Part shown: piece after piece, positions 21,748-34,500 of the stretch
Layout: each line of letters begins with the position of its first letter
Numbering within the stretch: position 1 is the stretch's first letter
From: Octopus sinensis
Taxonomy: Eukaryota
Reading direction: 5' to 3'
Length of the DNA stretch: 64,000 nt
NCBI RefSeq assembly: GCF_006345805.1
Contig: NC_043007.1
Coordinates: forward strand, 21,142,001 to 21,206,000
Program-made: the position numbers and the translations under genes
Notes under the pieces: generated by a model
The model's database searches: none
Told to the model about the DNA's origin: nothing
Seen by the model: only the letters and a program-made list of their open reading frames with translations

Positions 21748-24700
21748 ATCATGAAATTCACATCATAGAATTAAGACTGGTTCCAAGGCAGGGGTCGGCA
21801 TCGAAAGGGTTCCACACCAATATCACCAGGGAATTTCTACTCAATGGAACAGCTAAAATCTCTCAAAGATGATACCATCTTAAATCTTGCACCAGCAAAT
21901 CCTTCAATTAACTCGAGATGGCTATGGATATAGAAATTCAATCAGATAAAGTTTGTATGAAGACACATTTGCTAATTTACATCTGCTGCTCGAGTACCGG
22001 AGCTGTGGACCGGAACCATCTCCACTCCCACCACACTGAATCTGCTTTTTTTGCTGTATATTCATAGGAATACTAAACAATGGTAGCCAATACACAATCT
22101 CTCCTGTTCACCATGTTTCAGTGTTAAAACAAATGAACGACAAAACTTAATTTTCCTCTTGGTTTCAAATTTACCATCTAACTCATTAGCATTAAGGAAA
22201 TAAAAGAATCTAATTAAAAAAAAAACTCGTAGTCTAGTCTTTATTAATTAATTATATTCCTACATCGTAAGTGTTGTGTCTTCCACTAAAGTGCCTTACT
22301 TGCTTCAGTCTTTCTCTAATTTCAACACTAATAACATTCCTTAAAAATAAGCAAATAACTTCAGAGAAAGAGAGAGTGTATCTTATGTACCAAGTTGAAA
22401 TTAGTCAGATAACAAACAAAAAAAAAAGTGTTTATCCACAGTATGCCAAAACAAACATTAAATTAATGTCAATAATATTAAAAGAGCAGAGGAGGATAGT
22501 CTTAATACTCTTGCTGTTAGTACCAGATGACAGTTTAAAAAAAGAAATTATATAGCCATCTATGTATCATACATAATGTATATACACTGTTGATAAGCCA
22601 GTTATGGTGGTATATGTTCTGAGGTAACATCCCTTATGGACATGCCATGTTAGCAAAAAAATAGTAAACTTCAGAGATGAAAAATTGCTTCAATAGCAGC
22701 CAGAAGGAATACCAGACACATTTAAGCTTATTTGGGACTTTTCAATGGTGCCCCAAGAAGCTGGAATGCATTTAGTGCTGTAGCTGGCCACTGCTGAGAT
22801 GACTTTTTGTCTCTCTTTGATACTTATTGTGTTTTTAACACACAAGTCCACAGGAGATAGTATCTCATGACAAATACTGAAGTAACAGGCTATCGACTGT
22901 GTATATACTTTAAGTGTGGCACATGGATGGTTATTTTAATCAAATACAGCTTCAGTTATGTATACTGATATTTTAAAATGTTAGCATAAGTTATATAATA
23001 ATTATTAATAATTGTCATTTTTCAAAAAGGTTTCTTACATTTTTTTAGTGGTTCTTATTCTTCAACTGAACAAAGAAGTCTGCAACAAACAGCTCAGGAT
23101 TTTGACTTTTATTTGAATAATGAGAAATAGGTTAAACAATTTTTGAAAATTATAATGATTGGGACGACAGAGGAAACTGGTATTTGTAAAGCTTACGATT
23201 TCCCCGAAAGAGAGAGAGCAAAATCATTTCAAATGAAATGTAATAGTACCGAAGATTTCATTTGTGTCACCAGTCCACCGTTTTCTCATTTATAATGGTT
23301 ACTTTATACTTTAAGCAGTCTCAATAATAATAAAAATTCTTGTGGACATTTTTCATCTGAAAGATATTTTTAAGTATGAGTAGAAACATTATGAAGTCAC
23401 CGTTAGATTTTTTTTTTTTTTGTCTTTTTCCATCTTACACTCATTATCCCCATGCTAGCAAGAGTGGAAGGCTTTCTTTTTTTTCTTTTCCCTTTTTTTT
23501 TTTTATTACAAATTTAGACATTAAACAAAATATTGAAACAAAGGTTGTTTTAGTAACTAGATGCCCTATACTCAACTACCAACCATTGAACTATGAGTAA
23601 CAGTAGAAGCTTAGAAAACCTACAGTTTTCTCAGGTTTGCAACACAATATCTATAGTTAGTGCCTGGACCATGAACTTTCATGTAATATCTCCCTGCTTT
23701 AATCTCAGAGCCCTTATAATCTTTGGGATTAAAATCTGGCAAGTTATGTAATTTGCTAATTTATTTTCTAAGTTTTTTCTTGCTTAAGAAAATGTTCCAC
23801 AGAAACATTTTGAGAAAATGTTCCAAAGCTAGATATTGCTATATTAGATAATTATAAACCATAATTATAAAAATAATGAGAAATAAATTTAATAATTTAA
23901 AATTATTTCAATGTCGCATAATTTGTTAACAAGTATGTAATGTTTGCATTATATATAATTTATATTCATATAAATTAAATATAAGCATTTTATAAAATCA
24001 TCTAATTTTTTTTCAATTTTTTCATTAAATTTTGAAAAGAATTTAAAATTCTATAGGCAAATTTAGCCATAAAAATTTGGTCTATTTCTACCCTTTTTCT
24101 CTTTCCCCCTTATGTTTATTTGTTCAATTTTCCAATATCAAAATAAGGAATACTCACTAAAATGCTTTTTTTTTTCTGAAAGAAAGAGTTCGCAAAACTA
24201 AACTGTATGAGTGAACAGTCTGCCATCAGTGATAACAAAAGACTTAAGTAAAATATTTAGAATATTAGCAACACGATTTAACAGAAGAAAGACAAACAAT
24301 AGGTGCTTAATTTCTAAATATTTCATCACTTCAAAAGCATAAACTTAAACACTTTGATAAAAAAAAAATGATTAAGATAAATAAATAAATAAATAAATAG
24401 TGTTATTTGGTTTAAAAACTAAAATGTTAGTCAACATGGTGTGAAATTTTGGAAAGATATTTCAAAAGTTAAGGCATTTTAAGAGAATTTATAAACAGAA
24501 AACAGGATGCTTAATGATGGATGGAGTTTGAAGTATGGAATGTGAAGCTGATGGAAGTGATTTGGTTCAAAGCAAAAGAATTGTGGCATTGTGAATGAAT
24601 CCTAAAGGATTGCCCCAATGTACATAAGTTACAGTTGATAAAACAAAGAATCAACTTTATTAGAATAAAATTATTTCTAGTTTAGTAAACGGTTAAGGAT

Positions 24701-25111
24701 TATTGCTATGTTAATTAGGTAATAATTTCATTGGGTTCCTAACGACAACTTGAATGTACCAAAGTTACTGCTGACAAAGTTCACATATCCAAAATAATTT
24801 ATTTTCTGAAAACTGTAACGAACGTCAATGTCATTAATTAACTGTAATTATTTATATAAAAAAAAAAAATCCAATAAATCCATAACATGTGTCTGTAGAA
24901 AGAGAAGCATATGAAGTATAGAAAATTTCTATATAGCTGTCTGTTGAACAGAATAATTTATAAAAAGGTTTGACATATATCTAACATATTTCAGGTACAC
25001 ATACACACACAGTAAAAGAATTCTTGAGGTAAAAATTCATATTTTATTTCGTTTATCAGCTGGTAAAAAAAAAATTAAAAAAAAAAAAAAGAGAAGATGT
25101 ATATACAAAAC

Positions 25112-25522
25112 TTAATGACTGTGGGTCATCAAAGTATCGGGTGCATGTGTTGAGGGTGAAGAGGGTTCCGAAGCGGATTGGTGAAGTCGGCCGTCGAAAG
25201 ACTGCCGAGATTGGTTCAGCAAGACAGTCTTTAGTCTTTGCTTGATGTCTTCTGTCGAGGGTGATGGTTTGATGGTCAGACTGTTGGAGTGCATCAGACT
25301 ACGGGGTATGGCTGCCAATTTCACTGTACAAGGTTTGATGAGTTTGCGAGGGTCCAGCCCAGACATATCTGCTCCTGTAGGGTCCCCTCCCAATGGTGGC
25401 CCAGCCATGCCCAACATGGCAGGCGTAGACAATGTTCTGGACAGGGGTCCACTGTTTGAAATGGCTATCAGATCCCTGCTTCCGCCTGTCAGATCTATTG
25501 GTTCCACAGAAGACATTTTAGC
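25112..25522 (-). CDS. CABIN1: CABIN1 terminal coding exon with MEF2-binding-like helix
   Basis: atttctgcag|GCT AAA ATG...CAT TAA; [24 protein letters not shown] resembles recalled human [25 protein letters not shown]. Confidence 0.85.
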   Translation of the reverse strand, partial: AKMSSVEPIDLTGGSRDLIAISNSGPLSRTLSTPAMLGMAGPPLGGDPTGADMSGLDPRKLIKPCTVKLAAIPRSLMHSNSLTIKPSPSTEDIKQRLKTVLLNQSRQSFDGRLHQSASEPSSPSTHAPDTLMTHSH

Positions 25523-26493
25523 CTGCAGAAATAATGAGGAGCTGGGTTAGACTTGACTTAAAATCCAAGTCACCAGTTGAGCCAGTAATGGACTAGCTTT
25601 GCTCACTGACAATGCTTGGGTAGAGACAAGTCAGTATCTACTTTGTACACAAACATACACACTCGCATTTATAGAAAATAGTTAAGTTACACTTACTTAG
25701 AAACTTAAGTACAAAAAATACATTTTAGTTAATGTAAAAAAAAAAAATAAAGAACATGGAAACAAAAATAATCAATTCTTAAAAGACCCCTTAAAATTTT
25801 AAAGAAAATGTTTATATATATAAAAATGATAAAAATTTTTTTTTTTACTAAGTTTTAAGTAAATAAACATTGATGACATATATAAAATTATTAATATACA
25901 TTAAGGAAAACTTTATATGTCCAAAACAAACGTCTATTAATTAACTCAGTGGAAACGAATATAATTGGAGTAATTAAATGAGATGTCAAAGCACTAAACT
26001 AAGCCAAATGGTTCTGAATTAAAAGCATGTTTCTGTGATTTGGAAAAGAGAGAAAATTAATTAACGACAATGAGTGAAGATTAATTAACAAATGAAATGT
26101 AAAATGTAAATTGGGGTTTATCTTTTCATAATTGCCAACATATTCCTAAATAAGTTAATTTTAATTTTTAATAAAATAACAAATTAAAAATCTAATTAAC
26201 AAAGAATTAAGGAATGAGATGATGCTAAAAGCACAACAGAAGAAATGACAATTGTAAGAGCAAAAAAAAATGAGAAAAGAATTATAAAGAACTATGTGTG
26301 TGTGTGTGTAGAAAAGGAGAGAGAAAAATATTCCAAGATGGAGAAAGAGAAGGAAAAAAAGAAGAGATATACATATATCAAAAGGTTTATACATTCAAAC
26401 ATACACACACATATATATATATAAAAGGTGTATGCATGTTTATAGACTTATCTTCCAAGATGCACTGTGCCATCCTTAGGTAAGCTATTTTGT

Positions 26494-26537
<44 letters not shown>

Positions 26538-28493
26538 GTTAAAGACAGTTGCTTGTTCAACTTCATTAAGTGTTGCACAGAGAACAACCAGCTAGTCTAC
26601 CCAAATGTACACACATACATGTACTTATATTTCTAGTTTTCCATGCTTGCTTCAGTATTCTGATTTCTACACAGATATATGTTTGTATACTGTAGGTAGC
26701 AAGTATTTTATGAGCCTGAGGTGCTGAGAGATCAAATCTTTTCTATGGGTAGAACTTGCTATAGACATCCATTTCTATACAGAGAGATGTCTCCTCACAG
26801 CTGATTAATGTGCAAGCTGGGCTAATCTCTAACACATTCTCACTACATAGCATTCCTTGCAGACTGTTTTATTCCCAGAAAGATCCCATTTCAAAAAAGT
26901 CTTGATCAGTAACCATCCCAAATACTCTAGATTCACTAATTCATCACTCCTTAATATCTCAAACATTTCCTCTATCTTACATGTTGATTTAATCCTGTAA
27001 AATTAACAAATTTTTGTTAGGGGTTGATTTTGCAGGAGAGCTAGTGAAGTGGGTTCACACAGACATAAGCCGTAAGCATAGCTAAAGAAAACATATTCAA
27101 GACAAAACTAATTAATTCAGATGCCTGATTTAAGCTGTTTATAATATGAGCCTAAAATGATACTTTATAATATAGACCTTATGATGGTTATTCTTTGTTT
27201 AATTGTAAAACTGCTAACTTAATTAAGTTATGATTTGAGGGGAGGGGGAGAGAATACTTTTCACACTTTAGTTAGATTTATGAAATAATTTTATATTTGC
27301 ATGAATGTTGATTATAAAGTAAAAAAAAAAAAATGAAATATAAATAAAAACAAACTATGTATGTCTAAAGTTAAAAAAAGAAATTCAACAAATTTGTTTA
27401 AGAAAAAACGAAAAAAAAAAATCTTTTATCAATGAAAACCATAGAGAAGGAAAGATGTCAGTATGACTGGTTTTCAAAATATTTATTGGAATGGAATTAC
27501 AGTCAAAGAACAGGGAAGAGATTCATGAAAACATACTATAACAAGTTGTATCAGTAGAGGATAATATTTAAAATTATGAAGTCTATAAAAACAAGGAAAT
27601 AAAAAATATAATCAGCACGGCCGGTGGTCATTGCATATTTTTCTGTAATGCCATCAAACAATTGAGAACTGAGCCATTTATAATCCTTCAAATATTGTTT
27701 AAACCCATTTTAGCTACCACCAAGCTAATGCATGAATTACTTTCACTTTCACTCTGCTGTTTACGATGAGAATGGTTTAACCCTTTTAGCGTTCGGATTA
27801 ACTCTGTCAAACGTAATGCTTGTTCATTCGCATTGTTTTGAATTAATCTTGGATTATCTCGTAGCTTCGAGATTTTGATGCTGTGTTTGTTTGATTTTTA
27901 AAGTGACATGGTAGGGTAGGTGTGAGAGGCCCAATATGGCCGGTTTAAATGCTGAAGGGTTAAACAGAAGTGCAGAGTGGACAACAGCAATAAAACATAC
28001 ATTAGACAAGATTTGAACTGATGTAAATGGGTGGAAGTTTGTTTTGCAGTGGTCACAGAGAAATAAGCAATGTCTACAGGTAGTGCAGAAACAGAGAGAA
28101 AAAGAGAGAGAGAGAGAGACAGAGAGAGTAAAACGGAAATAATAAAAAAAAATAATTAAAAATGATAAGAGCAAAAATTAGCTTAAAACGTTTGTCTAAA
28201 TCAACCCTATATTTAACATTTGGTGGAAGAATAAATATACACAGAATCAACAGAGATTTTCAGAATTTCAACAAAATTTTGAAAATCAAAGTTGAATTAG
28301 AGTGGAGACTAGAGATGGTAGTAGTAGTAGTAGTAGTAGATATAAGATTGCAGTTGGTTTGACGCTACAATATTTGCAAATATGTACAGAGAAAGGTAAA
28401 ATTAAGAGAGTTATGGCAATACACAAACATATTCCCACGCACCCATACACTGACAGACACCCATCTGCGAATACATGCAGTGTGCAAGTGTAT

Positions 28494-28526
<33 letters not shown>

Positions 28527-31500
28527 TAGATAAGAATGAAAAATACGAGAGAGAAGCTGCAGCAAATATATTTTATTTCACCGAGAGATAAAAAAATATC
28601 AAATTTCATTTTATTTTTTGTTAATGAAATTTTCTCTTTTTTTGAGAAACATGAAAATGAAGGGGCTTTAGGACTAAGCAGATTCTAGGGAAACTTCCTT
28701 AACAAAAATAGGTATCCAAATATCAGCAACGAAAGAAACGGTGCGCCGCTATTATGATGGTGGAGTTTGAACTCCAAATGTAGAAAGATGAAGTTAAAAT
28801 CACAACTGACAACTAAACTAGTTTTATCAAACCTAAAACCAGCAAACACAGCTTTTTGTTAATTATTCAAAATGAAAAGCATTTTACTCGTAACGGTTTT
28901 TTGTTAAGAACTGATTTCATTTGTGAACTGAAGTTAGTTTTAGGGTTTTATTATTTTTTTAGAAAAAGAAAGAAAGACGTGTAGAATAATCCGTACATCT
29001 TACATTGAAAGCATGAAAGACAAAAGGTAGTTAACATTCAGGCACTTTAAACAAAACTGCTTAAGAAATGAAACTTAATGACAGTTGTAAGGGAGGAGCG
29101 TATATATACATATATATACATATACACACACACACATATACATATATATATGTGGGTGAGTCAAAAAGTAATGCCATTTTGTTTAGGACAGGAATAATTA
29201 CCAACACAGGAACATGTATCATACATCAAAATGAAGCTGGTCCTCTGTGGATCACATCCCTACTTCTCAACATAGTCACAGTTTCTTTCAATAGCAATGT
29301 TCCACCTTCGAATGAGAGCATGTATCCCTGCCCTGTAAAATTCTGTTGGCTGTTCTTTGAGCCACTTCTTCACTACAGTTTTCACTTCCTCATCACTGGA
29401 ATAATGTTTGCCTCTCAAACCCTCTTTCGTGGTGCCGAAGAGATGATAGTCTGAAGGCACCAAATCTGGTGAGTATGGAGGTAGTGAAAAAGTGGCTCAA
29501 AGAACAGTCAACAGAATTTTACAGGACAGGGATACATGCTCTCATTCGAAGGTGGAACATTGCTATTGAGAGAAACGGTGACTATGTTGAGAAGTAGGGA
29601 TGTGATCCACAGAGGACCAGCTTCATTTTGGTGTATGATACATGTTCCTGTGTTGGTGATTATACCTGTCCTAAACAAAATGACATTACTTTTTGACTCA
29701 CCCTCATATATATATATATGTGTGTGTATGAGTGTATATATCAGAGAGTGTATACAGATTATAATAGAAACCCGACAGTAAAGCTGAACATTGCACAACA
29801 CTTTTGGCTAGAATGTTAAGTTGCAAAGGAATAAACCATAAACAGTCTCAGAAAAATACTTTTAGCCTAAAGCTAACAATATCACAGTAGAGTTTTATAA
29901 GGTGTTGTAAGGAAAACGCTTATTCGCAACCAAACATGTTTCAAAAAGGAACACAATCTAAAAGAACGATGATTATCAAATACATGTTTATGAACCTTTG
30001 GTAATAGGATAACAGGAACGGAAACATTAACGACAACAACAGGAACAATGAGAAAATGTTGAGAGAATCGCTGCTGGTGGGGAAAGAAATCTAAAGTTGT
30101 TGAAGTTATATAACGGACAGCAAATTAACAGAGCAAACAAGGGGAGGGGCGGAGAACAAACCATGGAAGAAATCCAATTCATACAGGAGAGAAAACAATA
30201 GGTTTTGAATCATAAATTTGATTTAACAATCTGAGATTTACAAATTAACAGAAAATAGATATTTCTTTTTTTTCTTTCAGATAAAATTTTAAACATTTCA
30301 CGAGAAAACAAAATCACTAATTATATATATATATAAGGAGAGAGAGAAAAAAAAAGGGTTGGAAAGGCCTGATTAATATAGTCAAAAAACAATTGTATAA
30401 TCTATAACGTGTTTTAGTATCAACAAATTTGGTATAAACGATAGGTAACACAATATAAGTATTCTTTCTCATTATTGCACAGAGTATGTAACATAAAGCT
30501 ATGTGGTGGGAGAAAGTATTATAAGCCATAAAGAGGGGGCCTGTTTCATAGTGTTGTTTATTAGAACAATTAACAGTGAAAGTCCCCACTATAGGGATCA
30601 AATTGAAAATGTATAGTATTCACTGAAACTTACTAATTTTAAGTCTAGTATCACTAAAATTAATGAAATCAAACCAGATCCAAAGTTTCTCAGAAACAAG
30701 GAAAGGAAGGTCTGAATTTTATGTGTATGTTATGAAAATATAAAAATGTTCTGTTCCAGTATAGCCACAGTTAAGGTTTAAAAACCATTGGCTGAGAGAA
30801 AGAAACAAAAATTTAAGCAATCTGTTCGGATAAACTTGAATCACTTCAATATAATTTCCAGACAAAGTTTTATTGGACAGAAAAATTATAATTTCGAATT
30901 TAATTTTTGATTCCAAGGTTTTATTGGACAGAAAAATTATAATTTCGAATTTAATTTTTTATTCACTTCAATGAATAAATCTCAAGTCTTTAAAACCTGC
31001 CAGAAATATCAATAAAGTTCTAAATTTATAGAACTAATTAAAATTTATCTGGTAGAGAATGATAATTTAGATACATTTTAATTCTTTAGCTGTCAAATTT
31101 AATTATTTATTTTCTCTTCAAACCAGTTTTAACCCTTTGCTTGTTCAAAGCATTTTCATAAGCTTGTTCTAAATGTCCATGCTCGTTTTTCAGAGTTTTA
31201 ATTGGCCCTTAATTCATATATTCTGAGTAATATAAAGTTTTCCTTTCATAAGCCCCCGAGTTATTCTGGTGATTGAAGAAAAATAACTGGGAATGTGTAT
31301 CACACATGATGCCAGGGGAATACGTGTTGTGATACGCAAGACAAGCAAAGGGTTTAGATAACATTAAAGACGTGTGTGTGTGTGGTGGTATAAAGTCCTC
31401 GCTAAATCCCTCAGGTTGTTGAATTTTATCTATTCATCGTTTTAGCATTAAAAATAATAATAAAGAAATGAATACAGCAACGTAAGTAGTGTAATAGTAT

Positions 31501-34500
31501 TATGAATGTTGAAAAGGTCAAATTAACATTATCTAAACTTTTTTTCTTTTTTAATTGTGTTTAAAACAATTAGAAAATTTGTCAAAAAATAAAGTTTTTG
31601 TTTCTGTGATGCTAGAAATGTCAAATGTGCATCAGGAAGATTGCAGAAATAGTTTGAAAAGGAACTGAACAATTGTTGAAGTTTAATATACTTGGTATAT
31701 TTGTATAAGATGTATTTCTATACATATCACAGTAGGTGTAGTGTTGGGGAAATGGAGTGGGGTTTTAGGGGGGGTTGGTTTATAAAAAATTTCAACAAAT
31801 AAAATTTGAGAAGGGAGAGAGGCGGAGGGAAAGATGGAGGTGGAAGGAAAAGAGAGAGAGAGGTGGAGGGAAAGAGAGAGAGGTGGAGGGAAAAGAGAGA
31901 GGTGGAGGGAAAAGAGAGAGGTGGAGGGAAAGAGAGAGAGAAATGGAGGAGAAAAAGAGAGGTGGAAGGAAAGAGAGAGAGAGGTGGAGGGAAGAGAAAT
32001 GGAGAAGAAAAAAAGAGAGGTGGAAAGAAAGAGGGAGAGGTGGAGGGAAAGAGGGAGAAGTGGAGGTAAAGAGAGAGAAGTGGAGGTAAAGAGAGAGAAG
32101 TGGAGGGAAAGAGAGAAGTGGAGGGAAAGAGAGAAGTGGAGGGAAAGAGAGAAGTGGAGGGAAAGAGAGAGAATTGGAGGGAAAAAGGGAGAGGTGGAGG
32201 GAAAAAGGGAGAGGTGGAGGAGAAAAAGGGAGAGGTGGAGGGAAAGAGAGAGAGATAAGTGGCAAGAGAGGGGGATAGAGAGAGATACAATAGTGTTTGG
32301 AAGAAGCGCTGTTTTAAGTACCATCTTTGAGATGGTATATTTTAGAAGGGACCATAGCTTCTGAAAATATACATTTTAAAATATAAATTTTTTTTTCTGA
32401 AGAGAAAACACTCACTAGTCTGTAATTTTTCCTAATAACGAACAAGCATGTCAACAACAAGAAGAATTTCTCAAATTATTAATGAAAACAGTTTCAAAAT
32501 ATCGTAATCAACACATTTTATGGACAAAGGAAATAAACTTTTTTTTATCCCAGCTCCCCACCCTAACCATCAAAATTACTGACAGAGCACAAACAGGGTA
32601 TTCTGTGTACCACTATAGACAAACATAAGAAGATCTGGATCCAAGTAATAATAATAATAATAATAACAATAATAATAATTTTTTTCTATGGTTGGCGAAA
32701 GCCTGAAATTTTGGGGAGGGAAGGACTAGTTGATCACATCAACCCCCCAGCGTTCAACCGGTACTAATTTTATCAACCCTGAGAAGATATGAAAGACAAA
32801 GTTGACCTCAGAGATATTTGAACTCAGAATGTAAAGAACCAGAAGAAATGCCGAGAAGCATTTGGTCCGATGTGCTCACGATTCTGCCAGCTCACTGCTT
32901 TAGATGATAATAATAATAATAATAATGATGATGATTAAAAAGATATTCTTATTCAAGTCCGGACATATGCTATAGATGGGAGAGGAGGTGTGGTGATGGA
33001 GGCAGGGATAACTTAATGTGAAATTATGCCCTAATTACAAAGTGGAACCAGCAAGGAAGCAAAGAACTTACAAGAGGATAAAAAAAAAAGAAAGAAAGAA
33101 AGAAAGAAAACCCGAAAAAGTAAAAAAAAAAAAAAAGAAAAAAATAAAGCCCGTTAGCAAATATATCTATTACTACTACTGCTACTGTTGTGGACAGTAG
33201 AAGAGAAAGGTGTAGTTGGGGAAGGATGAAATGCAGAACGCACCTGAACATCAGAGGTGAGTTTCTCTGGTGGTGAAATCGAGAGTTTGTCATCATTAGT
33301 CATAGTGACAGTGGTGGGATGATGGCAGCCCAAAATTTCCCCAGGCTCTAGTTGACGGTTTCGATGGTGGGTCTGCATAGTACCATACTCGGACACTATG
33401 ACCACATCACATGCCTTACTGTGACCACTGCTCAGTCCACTGCCGCTGTTCACTGCCATTTTGTTTAGGCCAATGTTCGGTATGCCGGGAGAGTGTCCAG
33501 ACGATGAGGAGGAGGAAGAGGAGCCGGCCACCATCTGACCACCACCACTGGCCATCTGATGGTGATGGCTATGCTGCCGTTGATAATCATTCAGAATCTG
33601 TAGACAGAAAGTAGGAAACAATACAAGAAGCCAGTTCTGCTGTTTCAGAAATATTGATTTCTAACAGGCACGAAACCTCAGTTCAAGGGTTAAAGAGATA
33701 TTATAAATCGATTATATCGACCCCAAGTACATGACTGGTACTTTATTTTTTTTATCACCCTCAGAAGGTTCAAAGGCAAAGTCAACTATGGCACACTGTT
33801 TTAAAAAATGTAATAAAAAGGTTTCGGAAACACATGAAAATTTTAATTACCTAAAATATAATCGGTTTAATTAGTAGAAATTAATTTTAACTAAGGAAAT
33901 AATAGGTCAAAACCATTTGTGGCTTTGTATAGTGTGTACTTTCTTTTCCTTAATTTTAAGTGTTAATTCTGCTTTGAGTCTAAAAATTAACATCAATTTT
34001 CCAAGCTCAAATTATTTTAACACAAAATATTTATTTCATAAAATTACAAATGTTGTACTAAAGAAAAAAAAATACCTAAAATCTTCAATAATCAATTTTT
34101 CAAAATAGGTTCCTGGGCATGTGTACTTGTGGGTATATAAACATACACATGTAATATATCACACATATAAATACACGGCTAAACTTTGCCTCAGTTAAGG
34201 GGACTCTCTAGAGTTGTGGTGACTCCACTGATGCTGGTGTCACGCAAAAAAGCAAACAGTACACTCAGAAAGTGGCTGGCATTAGGAAGGACATCCAGCT
34301 ACAGAAATCATGCCAAGAGCAGCCTTTAAAGCATAATGCAGTCCTACAACTTGTCAGGTCGTGTTGAACTGTTCAACCCATGCTAGCATGGAAGATGGAT
34401 GTTTAATGATGATGATGATCATCATCGTTTAACGTCCGTTCTCCATGCTAGCATGGGTTGGACGGTTCGACCGGGGATCTGGGAAGCCAAAAGGCTGCAC

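Noticed and set aside
21760-22040. Possible Penelope GIY-YIG remnant (LTRDGYGY resembling the NRDxG motif)
   Set aside because: A single short motif among stops and frameshifts is not enough without a profile search.
25242-25550. Plus-strand 102-aa ORF
   Set aside because: Antisense shadow of the GC-richer terminal CABIN1 exon.
31683-32364. Several long overlapping ORFs (up to 213 aa) on both strands
   Set aside because: They are translations of the purine/pyrimidine tandem repeat, which lacks stop codons by composition.
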